A program made the position numbers and the translations under genes. The notes under the pieces are model-generated. The model searched no databases and was not told the origin of the DNA. It saw only the letters and a list, made by a program, of their open reading frames with translations. Source: Actinomycetota bacterium (GTDB lineage: Bacteria > Actinomycetota > CALGFH01). Taken from it: a stretch of 42,825 bases of DNA. The stretch lies in NCBI GenBank assembly GCA_036280995.1, contig DASUPQ010000223.1:1-42825 (forward strand), written 5' to 3'. Shown here one piece after another: positions 7,526 through 15,665 of this stretch. Position 1 is the first letter of the stretch; every line of letters starts with the position of its first letter.

Positions 7526-10012
7526 CTATTCGGAGACGATTTCTCCGTAGGTTTCCTCGCGGCCGCGGACCTGCTCCAGCTCCTCGACGGTCATGAGCAC
7601 GTCGCGGGGCTTGGAGCCCTCCGACGGCCCGACCACGCCCCGCTCCTCGAGCTGGTCCATGATCCGGCGGGCCCGCGAGAACCCGACCTTCATCTTGGAC
7701 TGGAGCATCGAGGTGGAGCCGAGCCCGGAGCGGACCACGATCTCCATCGCCTGGGTGAGGAGCGGGTCCTCGTCGCCGTCGTCGTCCTCGGACGCGGCCC
7801 GGCCCTCGGCCACCACTCCCGGCTGGTAGGCGGCCTGCTGCTGGGCCTTGCAGTAGGCCACGACCGCCTCCACCTCCTTCTCGGTGATGAAGGCGCCCTG
7901 GACCCGGCGCGGCTTGGAGGTGCCGCCGGGCAGGTACAGCATGTCGCCGTGGCCGACCAGCTTGTCGGCCCCGCCGGCATCCAGGATGACCCGCGAGTCC
8001 TGGGCGCTGGCCACCATGAAGGCGATCCGGCTGGGGATGTTGGCCTTGATGAGCCCGGTGACCACGTCCACCGACGGCCGCTGGGTGGCCACCACCAGGT
8101 GGATGCCGACCGCCCGGGCCATCTGGGCGATCCGGCAGATGGCGTCCTCGACGTCACGGGGGGCGACCATCATCAGGTCGGACAGCTCGTCGATCACGAC
8201 CACGATGTAGGGCAGGGTGGGGCGCTGCCGGGGGGGATCGACCGGGGGGCTACCGCTTCGCTCCTTGAGCCCCCCGGAGCGGCCCTCGTCGTCGAGGCCG
8301 GCCGACGGCAGCGGCGGCAGGGTGCCGTCCCTGGCCGCCTTGTTGTAGGCGGCGATGTTGCGGACCCCGGCGATGGCCAGGGTCTCCAGGCGCAGCTCCA
8401 TCTCCCGGACCGCCCAGGCCAGGGCCTCACTGGCCCGTTTGGGGTGGGTGACCACCGGGGTGATCAGGTGGGGGACGTTCTCGTAGTGGGTCAGCTCGAC
8501 CCGCTTGGGGTCGATCAGGATCATGCGCACCTCGTCGGGCGCGTTGCGCATGAGCAGGCTGGTCACCAGGACGTTGAGGCAGACGCTCTTGCCGGCCCCG
8601 GTGCTCCCGGCGATCAGCACGTGGGGCATCTCGGCCAGGTTGGTGAGGACGGGCTCGCCGCCGATGTCCTTGCCCAGGGCCACGGTCAGGGGGTGGCGGT
8701 CGTCGCCCTTGCCGGTGGCGTCGAGGATGTCGCCGAGGGTGACCAGCTCCCGGTCGCGGTTGGGGACCTCGATGCCGATCGCCGACTTGCCGGGGATCGG
8801 GGCGATGATGCGCACGTCCGGCGAGGCCAGCGCGTAGGCGATGTCGTGGGACAGCCCGATCACCCGGGCCACCTTGGTCGCCGGGCCGAGCTCGACCTCG
8901 TAGCGGGTGACGGTCGGGCCGCGGGTGTAGCGGGGCACCTTGGCGTCGACCTCGAACTGCTCCAGGGTCTTCTCCAGGATGCGCTGGGTCTCGTCCAGCC
9001 GCCGGGGGTCGACCGGGCGGGCGTGGCCCTGGCGCAGCAACGACTCGGGCGGGGTCGTGTAGGCGCCGCCCGCCCGGGCCTGGAGGGTCATGGCCAGCTG
9101 GACCGCGTCCCCGGCCCCGGGCAGGTCGGCCGGGGCGATGGGCGGCGGCGGGGCCTTGAGGGCGGCCGCCTCGTCGCGCTCCTCGGCGCCGGCGGGAGCC
9201 TCCTTGCCGGCCTCGGCGCCCGGCGGGCCCACGACGACCTCGATGGTGTCGTCGGGGTCGGGCTCGGGAGCCGGCTCGGGCCGCCTCCGGCCACGGCGCC
9301 GGGGCGGAGCCTCGCCGGAGTCGACCGGCTCGACCACCTCGGGCGGGGCCGGCGGGGGCGGCGGGGGCCGTGGCGGAGCGGTCAGGGTGGACCCGGCGAG
9401 GCGGCCCATGGAGGTGATCCCCCGGGCGACGGCCGCCACCGAGGTCCGGGTGCTGATCAGGGTCCCGAGGAACAGCACGCAGGCGAACAGGGCGCCGGCC
9501 CCCCAGGTGGACAGGAGCCGGGCCAGCGGGGCGGCCACGATCGCGCCGGCCAGGCCGCCCGAGTCCTGCAGGACGGCCGGGGCCGAGTCGGCCGGCGGGG
9601 CGCCCCTGGCCAGGTGGAGCAGGCCGAGGCCGCCCACGAGCATGGCCAGCAGCCCGATGGTGACCCGGCCGGCGACCATGTCGTCCTTGGTCGACGGCCG
9701 CCAGAACAGGGCCAGGGCCAGCCCGGCGACCAGCAGCGGCACCGCGTAGGCGCCGTAGCCGAACAGGTTGCGGAACAGCAGGGCCATGAACGCCCCGAGG
9801 CGGCCCCCGTCCTCGAACCAGATGCCGAGGGCCATGACCACGGCCAGCAGGACCAGGAAGACCCCCTGGATGTCGCCCTTGTGGGGCGACAGGGCCTTGC
9901 GCGAGCTCTGGCCGACCCGCGTGGTGCGGGCCGAGCTCTTCGCCGCCGGCCGCCGGCTCCGGGCGGGCGCGGGTCGCTGTGCCTGTGGTCGCCGGGTTCG
10001 CGCCTTTGCCAT
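7526..10012 (-). CDS. ftsK: DNA translocase FtsK
   Basis: An 828-aa ORF with N-terminal TM helices, a Pro-rich linker and a motor domain carrying Walker A (GSTGAGKS). The C-terminal gamma wHTH reads STSMLQSKMKVGFSRARRIMDQLEERGVVGP. A GGAGG SD precedes the start. Confidence 0.96.
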   Translation of the reverse strand: MAKARTRRPQAQRPAPARSRRPAAKSSARTTRVGQSSRKALSPHKGDIQGVFLVLLAVVMALGIWFEDGGRLGAFMALLFRNLFGYGAYAVPLLVAGLALALFWRPSTKDDMVAGRVTIGLLAMLVGGLGLLHLARGAPPADSAPAVLQDSGGLAGAIVAAPLARLLSTWGAGALFACVLFLGTLISTRTSVAAVARGITSMGRLAGSTLTAPPRPPPPPPAPPEVVEPVDSGEAPPRRRGRRRPEPAPEPDPDDTIEVVVGPPGAEAGKEAPAGAEERDEAAALKAPPPPIAPADLPGAGDAVQLAMTLQARAGGAYTTPPESLLRQGHARPVDPRRLDETQRILEKTLEQFEVDAKVPRYTRGPTVTRYEVELGPATKVARVIGLSHDIAYALASPDVRIIAPIPGKSAIGIEVPNRDRELVTLGDILDATGKGDDRHPLTVALGKDIGGEPVLTNLAEMPHVLIAGSTGAGKSVCLNVLVTSLLMRNAPDEVRMILIDPKRVELTHYENVPHLITPVVTHPKRASEALAWAVREMELRLETLAIAGVRNIAAYNKAARDGTLPPLPSAGLDDEGRSGGLKERSGSPPVDPPRQRPTLPYIVVVIDELSDLMMVAPRDVEDAICRIAQMARAVGIHLVVATQRPSVDVVTGLIKANIPSRIAFMVASAQDSRVILDAGGADKLVGHGDMLYLPGGTSKPRRVQGAFITEKEVEAVVAYCKAQQQAAYQPGVVAEGRAASEDDDGDEDPLLTQAMEIVVRSGLGSTSMLQSKMKVGFSRARRIMDQLEERGVVGPSEGSKPRDVLMTVEELEQVRGREETYGEIVSE

Positions 10013-10015
10013 CCC

Positions 10016-11701
10016 TCACACCTCCATCACGGTGGGGATGATGACCGGGCGTCGCTGGGTGCGCTCCTTGAACAGGGCCGAGGCGGCCGAGCGCATGTGC
10101 TGCTTCATGATCATCGGGTCGTTGACGCCGTCGGCGGCGGTGCGCTCCAGGGCCTCCAGCACGCGTGCCTTGGCCTCCTCGATCAGGTCGCCGGACTCCG
10201 GCTCGTAGACGAACCCGCGGGTCACGATGTCGGGGCCGGCCAGGACCTTGCCGGTCTGGGACTCGATGGTGACGAGCACGTGCACGAAGCCCTCGCCGCC
10301 GAGCTTGCGCCGGTCGCGCAGGACGGCGTCGCCGACGTCGCCGATGCCGAGGCCGTCCACGAACACCATCCCGGCCCGGACCTGGCCGGCCCGGCTGGCC
10401 TTGCCGCCGTCGAGCTCGATCACGTCGCCGTCCTCGCAGATGAGGATGTTCTCGCGCGGCACCCCGGTCGAGGAGGCCAGGCGGGCGTGCTGGGCCAGGT
10501 GCCGGTACTCGCCGTGGACGGGCAGGAAGTTGCGCGGCCGCAGGGTGGCCAGCAGCAGGGTCAGCTCGCCCTGGGCGGCGTGGCCGGAGACGTGCACCCG
10601 GGCGTTGCCCTTGTGGTAGACGTCGGCCCCGAGCCGGGCCAGGTCGTTGATGGTGCGGTACACGGCGGCCTCGTTGCCCGGGATGAGCGAGGACGACAGC
10701 ACCACGGTGTCGCCGGGCTCGATCCGGACCCACTTGTGGTCGCGGCCGGCCATCAGGGTGAGGGCCGAGAACGGCTCGCCCTGGGAACCGGTGCAGAGCA
10801 CCACCGTGCGGGCCGGGTCGAGCGACTGGAGGTCCTCCATGGGGACGAGCAGCCCGGCCGGGACGCGCAGGTAGCCGAGGTCGGTGGCGACCCGCATGTT
10901 GCGGATCATGCTCCGCCCGACCAGGGCGACCTGGCGGTCCAGGCGGGCGGCGGCGTCGAGGATCTGCTGGACCCGGTGGACGTGGCTGGCGAAGCAGGCG
11001 ACCACGATGCGGCGCCGGGCCGCCTCGAAGATGTCCTCCAGGGCCCGGCCGACCTCGACCTCGGAGACGATGAAGCCGGGCTGCTCGGCGTTGGTCGAGT
11101 CCGACAGGAGGAGGTCGATCCCCTCGGCGGCCAGCCGGGCCAGGCCGCCCAGGTCGGTCGGGCGGCCGTCGATCGGGGTCAGGTCCATCTTCCAGTCGCC
11201 GGTGTGCACGATCGTGCCCGCCGGGGTGCGCAGGGCGACCGCCATGCCGTCGGGGATCGAGTGCGACATGGCGTAGAACTCGAGGTCGAAGGGGCCGAGG
11301 GTGGTCCGCTGGCCGGCCGCGACCTCGACCAGTGACGGGCTGAGCTGGTGCTCCTCGAGCTTGGCCGAGAGCATGGCCAGCGACAGCCTGGTCCCGTAGA
11401 CGGGCACGTCGAAGTCGCGCAGGAAGTAGGGCAGGGCCCCCATGTGGTCCTCGTGGGCGTGGGTGAGGACGACCCCGACGACCCGTTCCGGCTCCTCGGC
11501 CAGCCAGGCGAAGTCGGGCAGGATGATGTCGACGCCGGGCTGGTCGGCGTCGGGGAAGGCCAGGCCGCAGTCGATCAGCAGCCGGGCCCCGTCGACCTCG
11601 ACCACCGCGCAGTTGCGCCCGATCTCCCCCAGCCCGCCAAGGAACGCGACCCGGGTCGTCCCCGGCGCCGCCGGCTGGAGGCCGCGGTCGAGCTCAGTCA
11701 T
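10016..11701 (-). CDS. rnj: Ribonuclease J (metallo-beta-lactamase/beta-CASP)
   Basis: A 561-aa ORF with the HAHEDH motif (LTHAHEDHMGALPYF) and RNase J domain order. It overlaps the dapA stop by 8 nt. Confidence 0.94.
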   Translation of the reverse strand: MTELDRGLQPAAPGTTRVAFLGGLGEIGRNCAVVEVDGARLLIDCGLAFPDADQPGVDIILPDFAWLAEEPERVVGVVLTHAHEDHMGALPYFLRDFDVPVYGTRLSLAMLSAKLEEHQLSPSLVEVAAGQRTTLGPFDLEFYAMSHSIPDGMAVALRTPAGTIVHTGDWKMDLTPIDGRPTDLGGLARLAAEGIDLLLSDSTNAEQPGFIVSEVEVGRALEDIFEAARRRIVVACFASHVHRVQQILDAAARLDRQVALVGRSMIRNMRVATDLGYLRVPAGLLVPMEDLQSLDPARTVVLCTGSQGEPFSALTLMAGRDHKWVRIEPGDTVVLSSSLIPGNEAAVYRTINDLARLGADVYHKGNARVHVSGHAAQGELTLLLATLRPRNFLPVHGEYRHLAQHARLASSTGVPRENILICEDGDVIELDGGKASRAGQVRAGMVFVDGLGIGDVGDAVLRDRRKLGGEGFVHVLVTIESQTGKVLAGPDIVTRGFVYEPESGDLIEEAKARVLEALERTAADGVNDPMIMKQHMRSAASALFKERTQRRPVIIPTVMEV

Positions 11702-12587
11702 TCCGCTCCAGTCCCACTCCGGCCAGGAGGCCGCGGGCGAACTCGACCTGCTCCGGGGTGGCGTCGACCAGCGGCGGGCGCAGCGGCCCGGCGGGCAGGC
11801 CGAGCAGGTTCATGCACGCCTTGAGCAGGATCGGGCTGGAGGTGGCGAACAGCCCCTCGAACAGCTCCAGGTTCCGCAGGTGGAGGTCCAGGGCGGCGGC
11901 GGTGTCGCCGCGCTCGAAGGCCCGGACCAGCTCCTGGAGGGCGGGCCCGACCAGGTGGGCGGCCACGCTGACCACCCCGACCCCGCCGACGGCGAGCAGC
12001 GGCAGGAGGTTCTTGTCGTCGCCCGAGTACTGCTCGAGCTGGCCGCCGGTCTCCCGGTGCAGGCGGCTGGCCGCGGCCATGTCCCCGACCGCGTCCTTGA
12101 CCGCGACCACGTTGTCGAGGCGCTCGAACAGCCGGACCATGGTCGGCACCTCGATGGTGCAGGCGGTCCGGCCGGGGATGTTGTAGAGCATGCAGGGCAG
12201 GCCGGTGGCGCCGGCGATGGCCGAGAAGTGGGCCACCAGGCCGGACTGGGGCGGCTTGTTGTAGTAGGGCGTGACCAGCAGCAGCGACCCCGCCCCGGCC
12301 TTCTCGGCCAGGCGGGTGAGCTCGACCGACTCGGCGGTCGAGTAGGTCGAGGTGCCGGCCATGACCCGGTCGCCCCCGCCGACCTCGACGACCGCCGCCC
12401 ACAGGCGGGCCTTCTCGTCGGCGGTCAGGGTGGGCGACTCCCCGGTGGTGCCGGCCACGACCAGGGTGTCGGTGCCCGAGCCGAGCAGGTGACTGGCCAG
12501 GCGCTGGGCGCCGTCGACGTCCAGGTTGCCGTCAGGGCTGAACGGGGTGGCCATGGCGGTGAGCACACGGCCGAAGCGACCTGGCAT
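11694..12587 (-). CDS. dapA: 4-hydroxy-tetrahydrodipicolinate synthase
   Basis: A 297-aa ORF starting FGRVLTAMATPFSPDGNLD...LVVAGTTGESPTL, as DapA does. GGAGGA SD upstream. The dapA-rnj arrangement is conserved in actinobacteria. Confidence 0.94.
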   Translation of the reverse strand: MPGRFGRVLTAMATPFSPDGNLDVDGAQRLASHLLGSGTDTLVVAGTTGESPTLTADEKARLWAAVVEVGGGDRVMAGTSTYSTAESVELTRLAEKAGAGSLLLVTPYYNKPPQSGLVAHFSAIAGATGLPCMLYNIPGRTACTIEVPTMVRLFERLDNVVAVKDAVGDMAAASRLHRETGGQLEQYSGDDKNLLPLLAVGGVGVVSVAAHLVGPALQELVRAFERGDTAAALDLHLRNLELFEGLFATSSPILLKACMNLLGLPAGPLRPPLVDATPEQVEFARGLLAGVGLERND

Positions 12588-12813
12588 GGCGGGTCCTCCG
12601 AACGACGGGAACGCGGCGTGACGGCCGGCAGCCCCACCCCGCCGGCAGCCCTCCAGATTCTACTCGGGCATCCACCCCGGACCGGGGATGTTCGCCGCCC
12701 GTGGCTGATGGGCCGGGAGCCGTTAGCCGCTCATTACCCTTCATTTGCTTTCGTTTGCCTCTGTCTGTTACCGTCTATGCCAGCTTCCACTGGCTGGCGA
12801 AGGGGTGAGGTGG

Positions 12814-13116
12814 ATGACCGAGCTGCTGGTGATCCCGAGCGAGCTGGAACGAGCCGCCGGACGGCTCCAGGCCAGCGCCGACCAGGTCCGTTCGGTGGTC
12901 GGCAGCCTGCTCCCGGCCGTCGGCGGGGTCGGGGCCGCCCTCGGCGACGCCGCCCTCGCCGACCGGTTCCAGGCCCTGTGGAGCCGCTGGGCCAGCGAGC
13001 TCGGCGTCCTCGCCGACGACCTCAGCGGCGCCGCCGGCCGCCTCCAGGCCGCCGCCGCCGAGTACCGCTCCACCGACCGGTCCGCCGTGCCTCCACCCTC
13101 CCTCCACGCCCGGTAG
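12814..13116 (+). CDS. Small helical EspC/WXG100-superfamily-like protein (possible type VII secretion substrate), 100 aa
   Basis: The sequence begins MTELLVIPSELERAAGRLQASADQV and ends AAAAEYRSTD, which carries a YxxxD/E-type motif. The helical A/L-rich composition and 100-aa size fit the family. A GAAGGGGTGAGG SD precedes ATG 12814. The call rests on resemblance only. Confidence 0.45.
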   Translation: MTELLVIPSELERAAGRLQASADQVRSVVGSLLPAVGGVGAALGDAALADRFQALWSRWASELGVLADDLSGAAGRLQAAAAEYRSTDRSAVPPPSLHAR

Positions 13117-13130
13117 GGCACGGCGACCCA

Positions 13131-13161
13131 CCCGGGCCCGGCCGGCCAGACCGGGCCCGGG
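13131..13161 (+). terminator. Candidate hairpin terminator after the EspC-like gene
   Basis: CCCGGGCCCGG-N9-CCGGGCCCGGG forms a perfect 11-bp stem starting 15 nt after the stop codon. There is no U tract. Confidence 0.4.
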
Positions 13162-13241
13162 TCCCCTCCCCTGCCCGGGCCGGCTCCACCCGGTGCCTGG
13201 GCCCCCGAAACCGGCCTGCGCGGTGGACCCAGGGCTCGTGG

Positions 13242-13264
13242 TTGTCGGCTGGGCGTGCCAAGAT
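13242..13264 (+). promoter_or_regulatory. Weak candidate RecA-NDp-type promoter for the AlkA-like gene
   Basis: TTGTCGGCT-GGGCGTGC-CAAGAT has correct spacing but a -10 that deviates at position 1. The -10 ends 7 nt before ATG 13272, which would make the transcript leaderless. Confidence 0.3.
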
Positions 13265-13271
13265 CCGGGCG

Positions 13272-14186
13272 ATGACCGCCGCGGATTCTCCGATCGAGAC
13301 TGTCGTCCGGCCGCGCCTGCCGGTGGAGCTCCGGCTGACGCTGGGGCCGTTGCGGCGGGGGCCGGGGGACCCGACCATGCTGGTCGACCGGACGGGGGCC
13401 TGGTGGCGGGCGACCCGGACGCCGGCGGGGCCGGCCACGGCCCGGTACAGCGCCGAGGCGGACGGGTTCCGGGTCGCGGCCTGGGGGCCGGGGGCGGAAT
13501 GGTGCCTGGAGGCGGCGCCGGAGCTGCTGGGGTCGCGGGACTCGCTGGAGGGGTTCTCCCCCACCGGCCTGGTCGGGGAGCTCCACCACCACTTCCCCGG
13601 CCTGCGCATCTCCCGCTCCCGGGCGGTGTTCGAGGCATTGCTGCCCTCGATCCTGGAGCAGAAGGTGACCGGCCGCGAGGCCCACAGCGCCTTCGCGGCC
13701 ATCGTCCGCGCCTGGGGCGAACCCGCCCCTGGCCCGGTGCGGCTGCGTCTGCAGCCACCCCCCGACCTGCTGGCCGTCACCCCCTACTGGGCCTTCCACC
13801 CGCTCGGGGTCGAGCGCAAGCGCACCACCGCCATCCAGTTCGCGGCCAGCCGCGCCCGCCGGGTCGAGGAGACCGTCGCCATGGCCGCCCCCGACGCCCA
13901 CCGCCGCCTCCAGGCCCTCCCCGGCGTCGGCCCCTGGACCTCGGCCGAGGTCGCGATCGTCGCCCTCGGCGACGCCGACGCCGTCTCGGTCGGCGACTTC
14001 CATCTCCCCCACCTGGTCAGCTACGCCCTCACCGGCGAGCGTCGCGGCACCGACGAGCGCATGCTCGAGCTCCTCGCCCCCTGGCCGGGTCACCGCGGCC
14101 GCGTCCTGCGCCTCCTCACCCGCTCCGGCCGCTACCCCGACCGCCGCGGCCCCCGCATGGCGGTCCGCGCCTTCACCCGGATCTGA
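13272..14186 (+). CDS. HhH-GPD superfamily DNA glycosylase (AlkA-like DNA-3-methyladenine glycosylase II family)
   Basis: This is the 304-aa C-terminal part of the long ORF 11442..14186. It has a helix-hairpin-helix motif (LQALPGVGPWTSAEVAIVALGDADAVSVGDFHL) and an AlkA-like N-terminal domain. Confidence 0.7.
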   Translation: MTAADSPIETVVRPRLPVELRLTLGPLRRGPGDPTMLVDRTGAWWRATRTPAGPATARYSAEADGFRVAAWGPGAEWCLEAAPELLGSRDSLEGFSPTGLVGELHHHFPGLRISRSRAVFEALLPSILEQKVTGREAHSAFAAIVRAWGEPAPGPVRLRLQPPPDLLAVTPYWAFHPLGVERKRTTAIQFAASRARRVEETVAMAAPDAHRRLQALPGVGPWTSAEVAIVALGDADAVSVGDFHLPHLVSYALTGERRGTDERMLELLAPWPGHRGRVLRLLTRSGRYPDRRGPRMAVRAFTRI

Positions 14187-14237
14187 GCCGAATGCGGGGC
14201 CTCGTCGATGCGGTCGTCCCGCCCGGGCGGCCAGGCT

Positions 14238-14581
14238 TCAGAGTTCGGGCAGGAGCCGCAGCCGATCCTCCACCGAACGCAGCACGGCCGATGGCACGCT
14301 CCCGAACGGACGGGCGCCGAGCCGCTCGGCAGACAGCGAGCGGACCTGCTCGCACATGGCGAAGCTGACGTCGCGCAACCCTCCGTGCGGTGGGCGAACC
14401 TCGACGTGGGTTGGGATGGCCCGCCTGCGCGTGGTGCAGGGAACCGCGACGCAAGATCCGCTGGGCCCTGGTTGATCGGATCCGCCGAGACGATGAGGAC
14501 CGGCCGTTCGCCGGCTTGTTCGCGCCCCCTGGTTTGGCCGAGCTCGGCCGGCCACACCTCACCGCGGCGGATGGTCCTCAC
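14238..14581 (-). pseudogene. mazF: MazF/PemK-family toxin interrupted by a 1-nt frameshift
   Basis: The N-terminal 39 aa (MRTIRRGEVWPAELGQTRGREQAGERPVLIVSADPINQG) lie in the frame of ORF 14132..14581. The MazF C-terminal 75 aa (PSGSCVAVPCTTRRRAIPTHVEVRPPHGGLRDVSFAMCEQVRSLSAERL...) lie in the frame of ORF 14238..14555. The junction is at the GGGCCC run, 14463-14468. Joined, the two parts give 114 aa, the normal MazF size. Confidence 0.75.
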
Positions 14582-14826
14582 AGATCATCGAGCCCGTCAG
14601 CGAGCGTTCCTTCCAGCTCTGCCCGCTCGGCGAGCTCCTCCTCCCACGCGACCGGGTCCGCACGGAGCCGCTCAAAGGCGCCATTGAACTCGGCATAGAA
14701 CTGCTCGCGACGGTCGTTCTCGACGGCCCGCTCGAGCACCTTCTGCAACGGCTCTCCGGTTGACGCGGCCAGCTTGCGGAGCAGCTCGTGGGTATGCTCG
14801 CTTACCCGAACTGTTGTCGATGCCAC
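14578..14826 (-). CDS. mazE: MazE-like antitoxin (RHH-type N-terminus, acidic C-terminus)
   Basis: An 82-aa ORF, MASTTVRVSEHTHELLRKLAASTGEPLQKVLERAV...DPVAWEEELAERAELEGTLADGLDDL. Its stop overlaps the mazF GTG start as [14 protein letters not shown] lies upstream. Confidence 0.7.
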   Translation of the reverse strand: MASTTVRVSEHTHELLRKLAASTGEPLQKVLERAVENDRREQFYAEFNGAFERLRADPVAWEEELAERAELEGTLADGLDDL

Positions 14827-14853
14827 CGCTGCCCCTTCGTGTTGTGGACTCGT

Positions 14854-15660
14854 CTACTGATCAGTCTGCACCAGAGTCCACTTCGGCTGGCAGGTGGGGC
14901 ACCAGTAGGTGACCCGTTCGCCGTCGTAGCTGGGCTGGTCGGCCTTGCGGATGGGGGTGCCGCAGCGGCGGCAGGGCTTGCCGGTGCGGGCGGCGACCCA
15001 GTGGGTGCGGCCGGGGCGGGTGTCGCCGGTGGTGATCTGGCTGCCGGTGGTGCGGTTGGCCTCCATCAGACGCTTGAGGAGGTCGACCATGCCGTCCAGG
15101 TCCTCGACCTGGCCGACCGGGGTCCAGGGGTCGACGCCGCGGAGGAAGCAGACCTCGGACTTGTAGATGTTGCCGGGGCCGGCGATGGCGCGCTGGTCGA
15201 GCAGGGCGGTGCCGATAGCCCGGTCAGGGTCGGCGCGGAGGCGGCGCAGGGCCTCGCCCGGGTCCCAGTCGGGGCCGAGAACGTCGGGGCCGAGGTGGCC
15301 GACGACCTCGTGCTCGCTGGCGGTGGGGAGCAGCTCGCAGACGGCCAGGCGGAACCCGACCGCGACCCACGGCTCGGTGCGGAGGACGGCCCGGACCTGG
15401 AAGTCGGGGCCGCGCCAGCGCTCCCGGGGGCGGTACAGGTGCCAGGCGCCCTCCATCTTGAAGTGGGTGTGCAGGGTGGTGCCGGCGTCGGTGCGCAGCA
15501 ACAGGTGCTTGCCCCGGGCGGCGACCTCGCGGACGACCTGGCCGCTCAGGTCGGCGGTGGCCAAGCGGGGCACGCGGAAGTCGGTGGCGACCAGGCGCTG
15601 GCCGGCCAGGGCGGTGTGCATGCGGGTGGCGGCCAGGAAGACCGTGTCCCCCTCGGGCAT
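14854..15660 (-). CDS. nei: Fpg/Nei family DNA glycosylase (endonuclease VIII)
   Basis: A 268-aa ORF, the C-terminal part of the long ORF 14854..18027. It has the N-terminal MPEGDTV motif, an H2TH region and a C-terminal zinc finger (CRRCGTPI...YWCPTCQ). It starts 5 nt after the lhr stop, matching the lhr-nei operon known from mycobacteria. Confidence 0.9.
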   Translation of the reverse strand: MPEGDTVFLAATRMHTALAGQRLVATDFRVPRLATADLSGQVVREVAARGKHLLLRTDAGTTLHTHFKMEGAWHLYRPRERWRGPDFQVRAVLRTEPWVAVGFRLAVCELLPTASEHEVVGHLGPDVLGPDWDPGEALRRLRADPDRAIGTALLDQRAIAGPGNIYKSEVCFLRGVDPWTPVGQVEDLDGMVDLLKRLMEANRTTGSQITTGDTRPGRTHWVAARTGKPCRRCGTPIRKADQPSYDGERVTYWCPTCQPKWTLVQTDQ

Positions 15661-15665
15661 CGGGC

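Noticed and set aside
7526-10012. FtsK considered as an EccC-type T7SS ATPase partner for the EspC-like protein.
   Set aside because: It has a single motor domain, a C-terminal gamma wHTH and the ftsK-rnj-dapA context, which identify the chromosomal translocase. EccC has multiple ATPase domains and no gamma domain.
7949-11335. A very long + strand ORF (1128 aa) antisense to ftsK and rnj. Similar giants are 20265..24038 (-, 1257 aa, antisense to kgd), 25607..28441 (+), 32670..35582 (+), 8427..10733 (-) and 24351..25631 (-).
   Set aside because: Their translations are monotonous R/G/P/A/D/H-rich strings with no motifs. They lie opposite or out of frame to genes with unmistakable family signatures. 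Long stop-free wrong frames are expected at about 72% GC.
12745-12813. The upstream start at 12745 for the EspC-like gene, giving a 123-aa version.
   Set aside because: The extension (MLSFASVCYRLCQLPLAGEGVRW) lies in the AT-rich promoter-like patch and has no SD. ATG 12814 has a strong SD and gives the family-typical MTELL..P..L N-terminus.
14132-14581. The 149-aa ORF taken at face value as an intact protein.
   Set aside because: Only its first 39 aa are MazF-like. The remainder is wrong-frame sequence overlapping the alkA-like 3' end, while the true MazF C-terminus sits in the adjacent frame.
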